From the human T2T-CHM13v2.0 reference genome, Homo sapiens, in assembly GCF_009914755.1 (NCBI RefSeq), contig NC_060936.1: DNA of 64,000 bases. One strand, written 5' to 3'. Below are positions 1-10,291 of the stretch, one piece after another. A model generated the notes under the pieces. The model did no database searches and was not told where the DNA came from. It worked only from the letters and a program-made list of their open reading frames with translations. The first letter of the stretch is position 1. Every line of letters starts with the position of its first letter. A program made the position numbers and the translations under genes.

Positions 1-590
1 CCACCCCATGGAAGGAGGCCATGCTTCATGGCATAAACAGGCCCAGGGAACTCAGTTTGTGACAGCAGGGAGAAATGGAGGCGTAGGTGAGGGTGGTTTT
101 CCTTGCTTCATGGGTATATACTGCATTGGTACCTATGGCCGGTTCAGGGATGAGGGGTGGAAAGTGAAGGGAGGATGTTTGCTTTCTTTCTCCATCACAC
201 CCTGAGTTTTCACTGTAAGAAGGAAGGGAATGAGGGAGCCTCTATTCCCTGTCTTTCAGAATGGGCAACCAGTTCTCTTCACCACCCCCAGCTTATACTC
301 TTCCAGAGTGTATCTTTAAACATTGGGACTGTTTTTATCTTCAGAACCTGGAGGAAAAATACTTCATAGCCCTCTGCACAAAGGCTTGGCCAAATTGTGA
401 TGTATAGGAAGGACCGGCTTGGCCTCAGGAAGGGACCATTCATTTTGATAACATCCAGCAGTTGGAACTTCTCTGTAGATGTGAGGACACATGGTCTGAG
501 GCCCCATATGCGCAGGCTTTGTTTTGGGGGAAAATGGCGGTCAGATTCCTCCCTGAGGTTTATCTAAGTGTTCCTAGCAAAGGAAACTTT
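1..590 (+). mobile_element. ERV1-class (HERV9/HERV-W/HUERS-P3-like) internal fragment: leader plus decayed gag matrix region (261-525)
   Basis: Translation from ATG 261: MGNQFSSPPPAYTLPECIFKHWDCFYLQNLEEKYFIALCTKAWPNCDV*EGPAWPQEGTIHFDNIQQLELLCRCEDTWSEAPYAQALF. One stop (TAG 405-407), no frameshift. Matches the class I HERV Gag N-terminal pattern MGN..CIL..WD.F..AWP..WP.EG.I..N.I.QL.LFC...WSE.PY.Q.F. Confidence 0.8.
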
Positions 591-591
591 G

Positions 592-830
592 TCCCCTCCT
601 CTTTCTCTCCCTTCCCCTCCTCTTTCTCTCCCTTCCCCTCCTCTTTCTCTCCCTTCCCCTCCCCTCCCACTTCCCACCTCCTCTCCCCTCCCCCTTCCCA
701 CCTCCTCTCCTTCCCCCTTCCCCTCTCCCCTCTCCCCTCTCTCCCCTTCCCTTCCCCTTTCTCTCCTCTCCTCTCTTCTCCTGTCCTCTCTGTCCCGTCC
801 TGTCCTGTCCTGTTCCATTCCATCTCTATT
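592..830. repeat. Pyrimidine-rich low-complexity tract with a 21-bp tandem unit (CCCTCCTCTTTCTCTCCCTTC x3), then TGTCC-type units
   Basis: Visible directly; source of the spurious P/S-rich and G/E/R-rich ORFs at 462-999. Confidence 0.95.
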
Positions 831-919
831 CCTGTCATCTTTGTTGTTGTTTGTGCTGGGAAAGTCTGTGCTGGGAAAAGGAGTTTGGGCCAATTTGGTA
901 AAAAGAAATTTGTTTCTTT

Positions 920-1400
920 GTATATCCATTTATTCATTCAACATACATTTATGTAGTACCTACATTATGTTCCTGGGAAATGAAGAGAAAATGACTTGAT
1001 CCATGGCCTTAACTTGTCTATTTTACAGCATAGTGGGGAGAAGATATAGGAACTACTACAATACAATGTAATAATTCCATAATGAAGGTATGTATGAGCT
1101 GCAGAGGAAATGCAGAACATAGTAAGTACTTGAGGTCAGACTTAAAAAAAATGAGTAATTTTCTGTGGGGAGAGGAAATCAGACAGAATAAATACATTTT
1201 ATATTCAAAATTTCAGACAAGTTAGGGAACCTGGCATGTTTAAAGAAAAACAAATGGCTTAGAACGACCTGAGGAAGATAGATGGGTGAAACCATTGAAG
1301 CTAAGTGAGGGCCAGATTTGGAGAGGACTTCATGACAAAATTTTTAAGAGCTATGATCTGATCAGAATTGCATGAGCAGAGTAAAAAAAAAAAAAGGAAC
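920..1400 (-). mobile_element. L2 LINE 3' fragment
   Basis: TTCATTCAACATACATTTAT..GTACCTAC is the reverse complement of the L2 3' terminus, followed by degenerate purine-rich L2-like sequence. Confidence 0.65.
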
Positions 1401-1409
1401 TAACATTAG

Positions 1410-1749
<340 letters not shown>

Positions 1750-1779
1750 ATGTGATGACTCCTTTGGATATAATATCTC

Positions 1780-1995
1780 AGTATGATCCAGTGGGAAGAG
1801 CACAACTTTGAGTCTAGACAAACTTGGGTTCAAATCTTAGATCTTCTTCATTAATTTTAAGAGTTGGGCCAATTATTTAAGTTCTTTGAACTCCTACCCT
1901 CTTCATAATGTTTAATTCATAACCTGCAGGCTTGTTATAAAGAACAGATGCTAGGTGTAAAATGAATAACATAGGAAGTATAGCTATATTGTTAC
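1780..1995 (+). mobile_element. MIR
   Basis: GAAGAGCAC..TTTGAGTCTAGACAAACTTGGGTTCAAATC core and TTGGGCCAATTATTTAA. Confidence 0.7.
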
Positions 1996-2199
1996 TACTA
2001 ATAAACTTTGTTAGAGCCAAAATTCAAAGCCATGCTTCATTCCAAAGAATACACTTAACACGGACCTAGTCAATAGGAGGCTGCAGCCCTTTGGCCAGAG
2101 TGCTTTGTTTAGCAGTGAACACACAATTCATTCTGAGTACACCAAAGTTAACCCCGAGAATTATACGGGAGTTGTGATCTAACAGCTGTGTTTTTCTGA

Positions 2200-2475
2200 T
2201 ATATTTACAGCAATGAGGAAGTAAGTGTAAAAATCACTTTTTACCACCATGAAGCATGAACCAGCCAAGAAGTAAAGCCAAAATAGAAGGAGGCAGAGTG
2301 AGGAAAAGGAGAGCAAGTCCTAGTTCAGCTGCACCTAAGTCAGTACAAGCAATGAGCTTTTTTTAGGTAAATGAGCTAAATACTAGTAATAACTACAATA
2401 ATAACAACAGCTTTTCTTTAACTCAACTTGCATTGAGTCTTCAGTCACTTGTATCCAATAGTACACTGACTAATT
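2200..2475 (+). mobile_element. Old MaLR LTR fragment (MLT1J/K-like)
   Basis: 3' end ..TCAGTCACTTGTATCCAATAGTACACTGACTAAT resembles the MLT1J/K terminus. Confidence 0.5.
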
Positions 2476-2479
2476 AAAT

Positions 2480-2820
2480 TGGAATGAGCAACCTAGAAGC
2501 TCACTTTGGAATAGCAATAATGTAGACCTGGAAGAGTTTTCATCAATAAGGGAAAGAAACTAAATATGAGGAAGTGAAGACAGTCCATGTAGACTGCTTG
2601 TTCTAGAAGCTGATCTATTTTTAAAAAATTACAAAGGAGAAGATTCAGTAGCTAGAGTGGAGGCAGAATCGAGGAAGTATTTATTCCTAAGATGGGAGAG
2701 ACTTGAGCATGTTTATGCACAAAGGGAAAGATGCCAGTGGAAAGGAAAAGGTTGACAGTACTGAGAAGAGAGTGGATAATTAATGGCAGAAATCCAGATG
2801 GACACAGAATGTGATGACTA
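2480..2820 (-). mobile_element. L2 internal fragment
   Basis: GAGGAAGTGAAGACAG..TAGAC; TAAGATGGGAGAGACTTGAGCATGTTT..GATGCCAGTGGA resemble antisense L2. Confidence 0.65.
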
Positions 2821-3169
2821 TTTCTGTTGCCATGAAATCTCTAGTAAGGTCTAGGGTCTGCTCAGACGGTAAATTTGACTGAAAGTGTTCAATATTTTTA
2901 TTTTTTATTTATATATCTATTTTGGCTTTTCAGCATGTCTATTATTTTTATGTCTCCTCTAGTCTTGTCTACTGTCCTAAAATCAAGTGAAGTCTGATAA
3001 TACCCCACTGTCCCCACCAAAAGCAAACAAACACAAAAATAAACAGAACTCAACTAAACCTCTCTATTCAAACTAGTGGAGATCTTCATGGCCAAAGAAT
3101 ACCCCAGATTACTAAAGGCATCTCAGAACAGTCATTTTGCAGGCTTTCAGTTTCTGCTTTCCTTTTTTG

Positions 3170-3550
3170 CCTGCAATTTTGCACAATCAAATGCACAAAA
3201 ACAATGGGAAAGGGGATTACGTCAAATGTACGAAAGAAATGGCAGGAATCCAGTGGGAAAGACATGCCCTCCACATTTGGCAGGAGGCGTGCTGGGAGGC
3301 AGTGGCTTTGCAGAGTGATGAGTCACACTTGAACAGAGGCTCTGGAAGGAATTAGTTCAAGAGAAGGCTGGAGAGCTCCCTGAAATGTATGAGTGCCTCA
3401 GGCCATTAGCAATGTGTGTGTGATCACAATGAGACAAAGGAAACCCTGAGATCCGCAGACTTTCTTTCAGGAACCAGCAGAGTGTCCCTAGCTGCTCTTT
3501 CCTCCCTGGTGGGTGTAAAACCACAGCCCTTCTGTTTTAGTGGGAAAACG
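3170..3550. promoter_or_regulatory. Candidate enhancer (motif cluster in apparently unique DNA)
   Basis: TTGCACAAT (C/EBP-like) 3179, TTACGTCA (CRE/ATF-like) 3217, GTGGGAA (RBPJ) 3253 and 3540, TGAGTCA (AP-1) 3319, ACCACA (RUNX) 3520. Motif evidence only. Confidence 0.3.
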
Positions 3551-5214
3551 TTTCAAGAGGACCACTTTTTAGAAAACTTTGTCTGGGCCAAAGAATGCAA
3601 TATGAGTGTAAAATACGTAAATAGATAAAGCAAGCCATGACTCTGAAGGAGAGATTTGATCTGCTCAAAGGTCAATTGGGCCACAAAATTAATGAGCTTG
3701 AGAAAGACAGGACAAGAGATGGGAGAGAAGAAATCTGTGTGTTGAACTCTGCATCAATTAACAAAAGCAAGTAAGTATCTGACTGGCAGCAAATTAGCTA
3801 GCATATGGACGAACTCTAAAATAACCAGGCATAGAACAAAACCAAATTTAAATATCAGACTTATCTATTGAACGGTATTGCAAATATCAAATGCCTTGTA
3901 CTATAAATATAAAGCTCCCAATTCTTATGCTAGTAAACTGCTGAATATTTAATACCTTGAGAAGGGGTGGGCCACGTTTTTGAAATAATGTTAAAAGTAT
4001 ATAAATATAAATATCTATCTACATAAATAACATCTATGCTGATCCTGTTTATGTACAGTTTCACAGCATTCATGTAACTTTGCGAGCAGTAGTAAAATTC
4101 TAATTCTACAAGAATGAATTACATTTTAAGCTTGTGATATAGAATAACATGACTCTTTGTTACACTGTATGTTCAGATTTTGCCAGAAAATAAAAGAGAA
4201 GTGAGGTTTTTATAGGCTGAATTATCAAAATGTCACCTAAAACCCCACAAATTGGTTTTTAAGTGAAGTGCTATGAAATAAATAAAATTCTCTAGTAGAC
4301 AATGCCGTTGAGTTTGTCAGTTAGTTTATAAAGTATCACGTGATAGAGCATTGTGTTTCTAAAGCATTAAATAATAGATCAAATGCTATGGCTATTGAAG
4401 GATGGATCAGTGCTGGATCACCTAAAATAGATTAAAAAAAACTGCTAGTGTAGAGGCAGTTGTGCAATAATGTCAGAACGCAAGTTCAGAGTGTGCCAAA
4501 ACATCTGCTAATTTCTAGCTGTTATAATATAAAACTTACTTTTTTCATTTCAAAAGACCAAAAAGTACTTGAGATGAGAGGAGGGAAATGTCTTCACTTT
4601 GGGGACTTACGGCGAAGACACAAAGTCCTTACAACACAATTGTGATAAGATGACTTGAACATTTCATTATTCTACTTTCATTTACTTAGGAGAATAACCT
4701 TGACACTAAATTAATGTAGAATAAAATGGAAGTTTCTACAAAGTGTAAACATCTCTACCATGTGACTAGAATGATGTCAGCAAAACTAGTGATCTGAGGC
4801 CAACAGTGAGCTGTGGAAGGATGTCCTCTAACAATAATTGAAGGGAGTGGGCTGGTTTGGCTTTGACTTTTAAAAATTACTAGAGATGCGTGTTCTATGT
4901 CTCTCCTGCCATTTGAAAGGCACGTGTGTACATGAGAGCTGATTGTGTCCATTCTCCCTTTGCATGATAATTCTTGGCCCTTTGCCTGGTTTACTTTAGA
5001 GTTTGTATTACCTCATTATTTATATTTTTCTCCAAAGTCCTGCTCTGAAGAGCTTTTCCTGAATGTGATTTTTCTGTCTCCATCTTCAGAGTTGGCCATG
5101 CAGAAATCTAATAATGTCAAACCATTGCCCTCAAGGATGTGATAATAATGACTTCTGCTTGGAGATGGCAACCAGTTAATGCAGTATACTCAGGAGGGCT
5201 TTTGAAAGACTGCA

Positions 5215-5745
5215 ATACAATTTCCCCATTTTACAGATAAAGAAACTGAGGTATATTTGAAAATGGAAGAAATAACAATTTTAATGGTCAGATGCCAAAA
5301 TATTAAGGTAAATAAGAGCTGACATCTGCTATGCATCATATCCTGTGCGAGATGCTAGGCTTTTTAAATGTGTTAATTCTAATTATTCCATTAATTTTGT
5401 AAATTAAACGGGACTGTTTCCATTTGTTGCTAGGTGACAGGGCTGGGATTTGACACCAAGCCTGTCTCCTTCCAAAGTCTGTTCTTTATGATATCACACA
5501 ATGCTGCCTCTCCATTGAAAAGATAAGTTTATTATGTTTTTAAGTAGTAGATTGCTTCTTAAAGCATTTTATTAACCATTGTTTTATCCTCAAAGAATCT
5601 TTTCAGTTTAATAGGTATTGTTAACTTTTTGTTATAGAAAAAGAAACTGAGGTAAATGAAGACCCACTGACTTGCTTACAAAGGTTAATCACGTTATGGG
5701 AAATAAAATTCAGGTCTTTTGTGTTGAAAGACTGTGCCATTTACA
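5215..5745 (-). mobile_element. Cluster of MIR fragments
   Basis: CCCCATTTTACAGATAAAGAAACTGAGG (5224), GGGCTGGGATTTGACACCAAG (5440), AGAAACTGAGG..TGACTTGC (5642). Confidence 0.7.
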
Positions 5746-5904
5746 TTGTCTATTTCAAGTATTCATTTTTGGATAAACCCAAAGCAGTTAAGGTCAATGA
5801 TACATGTATAGGGATTTCCACAAATAACCACATAATTTTACATGCCATTACCAAGACTGTAGGTAAGAGGTACTATTGTACACTGTAAAGAAAAATACAA
5901 TTAA

Positions 5905-6005
5905 ATGTTTCCTGAGAGCAGGAACCCTACATCCTCAACAACTAACATAGTGCCTTGGCAAATAGTAGGTATTCAATAACTGTTTGCCAAATGAATAAAG
6001 AATAA
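5905..6005 (+). mobile_element. L2 3' end
   Basis: CATAGTGCCTTGGCAAATAGTAGGTATTCAATAACTGTTTGCCAAATGAATAA. Confidence 0.7.
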
Positions 6006-6304
6006 CTTAATAACATTCACAGTTAGAGGGAACTTGTTAGTGAGGATGAAAATGAATAGTCAACATTGATTTGCAGTTGAAACTGTAAAGCTGCAACTTC
6101 TTAGCTTGTCTGTTAGGCCGCTGATGAAAAACAGAGAGAATACCTTCTCTCAAAAAGCTTCACGGGGAAAATATGGTCTGAGAAATAATTTTTAATTTGA
6201 ATATGCACATAATCCAAATTCATCTATACACCAAAAATTCCATAAGTGGTATATACACTATTCAGTGGATACACCAAAAATGGCCTTATGTCCTAAGAAT
6301 TTGT

Positions 6305-8115
6305 TCTTTCAGTCAATAAACAAATTTTTTGGAGTGCCTACAGTGTGTTAGTCATGGTTCTAAATAGTAGAAAAATGGTAGTAAAAAAACAGAGAAAAAT
6401 GTTTCCCTCATATACCATACATTCTAGTATAAGAAGTGAGAGTAAACAGTTAAATTTATATTATGTCAAAACAGTGAAGAAAACCAAGCAGGAAATTAGT
6501 ACTGGTGTGTATATATGTGTGTCTATATGTAAGTAGGTGCAGTTTTAAATACAGTTATGTAGGAGTCCTCACACATAAGATGACATCTGACTGAGGATAT
6601 GAAGGAGGAGAGATGTAAATATTTGGGGACAGGGGGAGATGATGGGAAAAGCATTTTTAGAAATGGACTAGTACATGCAAAGTTCCTAAGGCTGGAGAGT
6701 GCTTACATTGTTGGAGAAGAGAAAGAAGCGTGGTGCTGGAAGAGGGAGCATGGTACGCAACAAAGTCAGAGCAGTCAGATGGGGATAATATAGGCCCTTA
6801 CACATGGTTGTAAGGGCTCAGAATTTTCTCAGCATGGGAAATCATTAGTGGGCTTTGAGCAAAAGAATGACATGATTTAAATTGTGCTTCATAAGAATTT
6901 CTCCCACTACTTACTGTTTTTTGAATGGAACAGGGTCAAGAGTAAAAGCTATTACAATGATCCAGGTGAGAGATGATAGCAATGAAGTGGTAAAAAGTGG
7001 TCATATATTGAATATATAGTTGAAGGCAGAATTGCCAAGATTTGTCAAGGGACTGGATATGGGGCAGAAAAGAGATTAGTCAAGGATGACACAGAGGTTT
7101 TCAGCTGGAGCAACTGGAAGGTTTGAGTTGCCATTTACTGAGATGGGAAGGGGTCGAAGAGGAGATTTAAGAGATTAGGAATTCAGATTGGAGACGTAAA
7201 ATAGGAAGCTGGGTGTGTGAGCTCAGAGGAAATGTCTAGGCCTGATATATAAACTGGAGAGTCATCAGCTCATCAGCCTATAGATGTTATTTAAAGTCCT
7301 AAAACTGAATGAGCTCACCAATGAAAGTCTGTTTGATAGATAAGAGAAGTCCACAGATCAATCCATTGCGAGAGTGAGGATAAACACTGAGAAATAGCAT
7401 CCAGTGAAGTAGTAGACAAGGCAGAATTTAATATTTAAAAGCCAAGTGTTACAAGTGTTTTAAGGATGTTGATTAATGGTGCCAAATGTTGCTTAACAAT
7501 CATGGAGGTGAGAACAGAGAACTCATCAAAATAATTAACAATGGGAGATCATTCCTGACCTCAGCAAGAGCTGTTTCACTGGAGAGATGGGGCCTGATGT
7601 GGTTTGGCTCTGTGTCCTCGCCCAAATCTCATGTTGAATTGTAATCCCCAATGTTGGATGTGGAGCCTGATGGGAGGTGATTGGCTCATGGGGCCAGTTT
7701 CTTGTGGTTTAGCACCATGTCCCCTTAGTACTGTCCTCATGAGTTCTCATGAGATCTGGTTGTTTAAAAGCGTGTAGCTCCTCTCTTCCCTCTCGCTCTT
7801 GCTCCTGCTCCCACCATGTGAGACATCTCATTCCCCCTTTGCCTTCTGCCATGATTGGAAGCTTCCTGAGGCCTCCCAGAAGCAGAAGCTGCTGTGCTTC
7901 TTGTACAGCCTGCAGAACCATAAGCCAATTAAACCTCTTTAAAAAAAAAAAAAAAATTACCCAGTCTCAGGTCTCTCTTTATAGCAATGCAAGAATGGAC
8001 TAAAACAGGGCCAAAGATCTGAATTAGTTTGGGTTAAATAGAGAACAGAAAGAGAGGAATTGAAGACAAAAATAAATATACAATTTTATATTTTGATAAG
8101 AGAAGAGCCAGTGGG
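6305..8115 (-). mobile_element. L2 (L2a-like), interrupted by an MSTA LTR
   Basis: Antisense 3' end at 6305; ATCCAGGTGAGAGATGAT, GAGCAACTGGAAGG..GAGTTGCCATTTACTGAGATGGG; resumes after 8012. Confidence 0.8.
7595..8007 (+). mobile_element. MSTA-like MaLR solo LTR
   Basis: TGATGTGGTTTGGCTCTGTGTC...GGACTAAAACA; TG..CA ends; perfect 5-bp TSD GGGCC (7590-7594 / 8008-8012). Confidence 0.92.
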
Positions 8116-9309
8116 TTAGTGAAGATAACAGGGTAATGGACAGTGAGTGTCCGTGTGAAAACATCTACCAGCATACCTGGGAATAGTATGACCACAGCAG
8201 AAAAATCAGCTATCATGTTATACGGCTGTGTGGAAATCTATGTCCCTGGTGGGGAGACATTTCTCAGAGTAAAAAGATGAAGGAAAACTTAATTGACACA
8301 TTTGAAGATATATTTTCCCTGTGACTGACCCATTAGTCCGGTGGGCCTAACGAATGGTTTTAGGAATTGGAGAATATTAGGTGACAAGGTCAGGTTAGGA
8401 GATATACAGAGCAATATGGGTTTGGGGTCCCAGAGACAGGTAATGACCTAGGAGTCAAGTGCTTCTCTGACTAATGTAAACAATAATAGATAATCTTAAG
8501 CAAATCATATGCACAAGGTTGTGAGTAATGGAGACGAGGGAGGAGGAGATGGGAGTATTGCCAGGAATATACAGAGTGCTGGGGCATTTGTTATGTGATA
8601 CCTAGACTTGCCCAAATTTTCTTCTTTTTCTAGATGGTAGATTTTTTTGAACTTTCTGCCTGACTCCACTTTTCTTGTAGTGTATGATATAATGGTCATT
8701 AAGTAAATATTTGTTGAAAAAACAGAATAGAGAAATAAATATGTGATTCCAGAAGATGATAAAATGATGAATACAGCTTCATCCGAAAGGGGGTGGAGTA
8801 ACATGTGGCAGACCAAGACTCCCATTAAAAACAACTAGAAAAGCCATGTAAGATCATAATCAGTTTGATGATGTCAAAAGTTGATGAGCAAGTAAATATC
8901 GAAGGACTAAATCAGGAGATTTGGATTTGGAGTGCATGGATCTTGTGGCTGATTTTCTCATCAAAACAATTATTAGATTCCGGAGTTGCACAGGATTGAA
9001 GATAGCAAACAAACTGATGTCCAATACCTAATAGTTCTTGAAGTAACTCTCAATTCCCCCTATTTTGGGGATGTATACAGTCACTGGAATGAATAACCCA
9101 AGGACCCTGTGGGAGGGACAAAAGGGAATCATCACAGTACACACTTGCCATTATGTTACAGGGTTCTTCTTACTGTGGATCCCTGGGGCCTAGATAATGG
9201 CCCTCCAAATCGGGAAGCTCCAAATCTGAAAATTGTCTCAGACCTGATAACTGAGCAAGGCTTACGGTATTTTATTTGGGAAATAGCCCTCATCTCCCTA
9301 CCCCTCCAT

Positions 9310-9959
9310 TCATGATTTGTTGTTTTTATTGATTTTGAGCAGAACCTTTCCTGGCTACATATTTCTTTTACTTATAGGGATGGCATATGCTATTAATGGT
9401 CTGCATGGCCCCCTGTGAGTCAAGCTTGCTTTGCTTGGCTCCTACTTTGTTCATCTTTCAACCTTGCTGGTCATTATAATAATTGCATAACCATAATGCT
9501 AATGATAATTGCTTAACTTATTATTAAGCCCTGCCACTTGGTCTCTATTATTGGGATGAGGAAGCCCAAACATCATCTTCATGGTTATAAATGAGCCCAG
9601 CTCTGTGACTGCCTTTCCTACTGACATTTCTACCTTGCAGAACAAAACATCTTCTGAATATTTTAGTGATGCTGGAGCCCCTCATGTCAACGCATGCCTG
9701 AGGGCTTTCATGAACATGTGGTCCTCTGGGCCTTCTTGTGGAATATAATCTTCTGATGGGTGATGGGTCTTTCAGCCTTATATATTTATTGACGTGTGCT
9801 CATTTCTTTCAGCCTCTCTTTCCCTTCCTATACTATCGGTCAGAATAATTCAAGCATTTCCACCTTGCTGAGAGTTTTTCACTCCTTTTTCCAGACTTCT
9901 ATGAGCCAAGCAGTGAGTTTTATCCCATCTCCAATGTCCTAACTTAGAGCATGTAGTCC
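9310..9959 (-). mobile_element. ERVL internal gag remnant, C-terminal part (ERV3-16A3/ERVL-E-like)
   Basis: Minus strand reads YIPQEGPEDHMFMKALRHALT*GAPASLKYSEDVLFCKVEMSVGKAVTELGSFITMKMMFGLPHPNNRDQVAGLN, matching the ERVL/Fv1-type Gag motif EGPED.PF..ALRN..VRGAPASLKS..GQVAALN. Confidence 0.8.
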
Positions 9960-10291
9960 TGCTATAATTTGAATGTTCTGACCCTTTCAAAATCATGGTG
10001 AAACTTAATGCCCAATGCAACAGTATTAAGAGGTGTCACCTGTGGGAGCTGATTGAATAATGAGGCCTCTTCCCTCAGGAGTATGATTAGAAGCCCCTAT
10101 AAAGTGACATGACAGAGGGAGTTCACCCCATTCTTGCACATTTCAGCCCTTCTGCCATGTGAGAACACCTAGATGGTATCATGTATGAGAAATGGGCTCT
10201 CATCAGGTAACGAACCTGTGGGCACCTTGATCTTGGGCTTTCTAGCCTCCATAACTGTGAGAAATAAGTTTCTGTTTTTTATAAATTACTT
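9960..10291 (+). mobile_element. MSTD/MLT1A-like MaLR LTR, 5' part (split by L1)
   Basis: TGCTATAATTTGAATG start; GCCATGTGAGAACAC, CACCTTGATCTTGG..CTAGCCTCC..AACTGTGAGAAATAA..ATAAATTAC, then the L1 begins. Confidence 0.85.

Noticed and set aside
462-999. Overlapping 120-165 aa ORFs on both strands
   Set aside because: Artefacts of a stop-free C/T low-complexity tract; only the first 20 or so residues of 462-956 are Gag-derived.
8760-9300. Possible old L1 5' fragment
   Set aside because: Resemblance too weak to call without an alignment.
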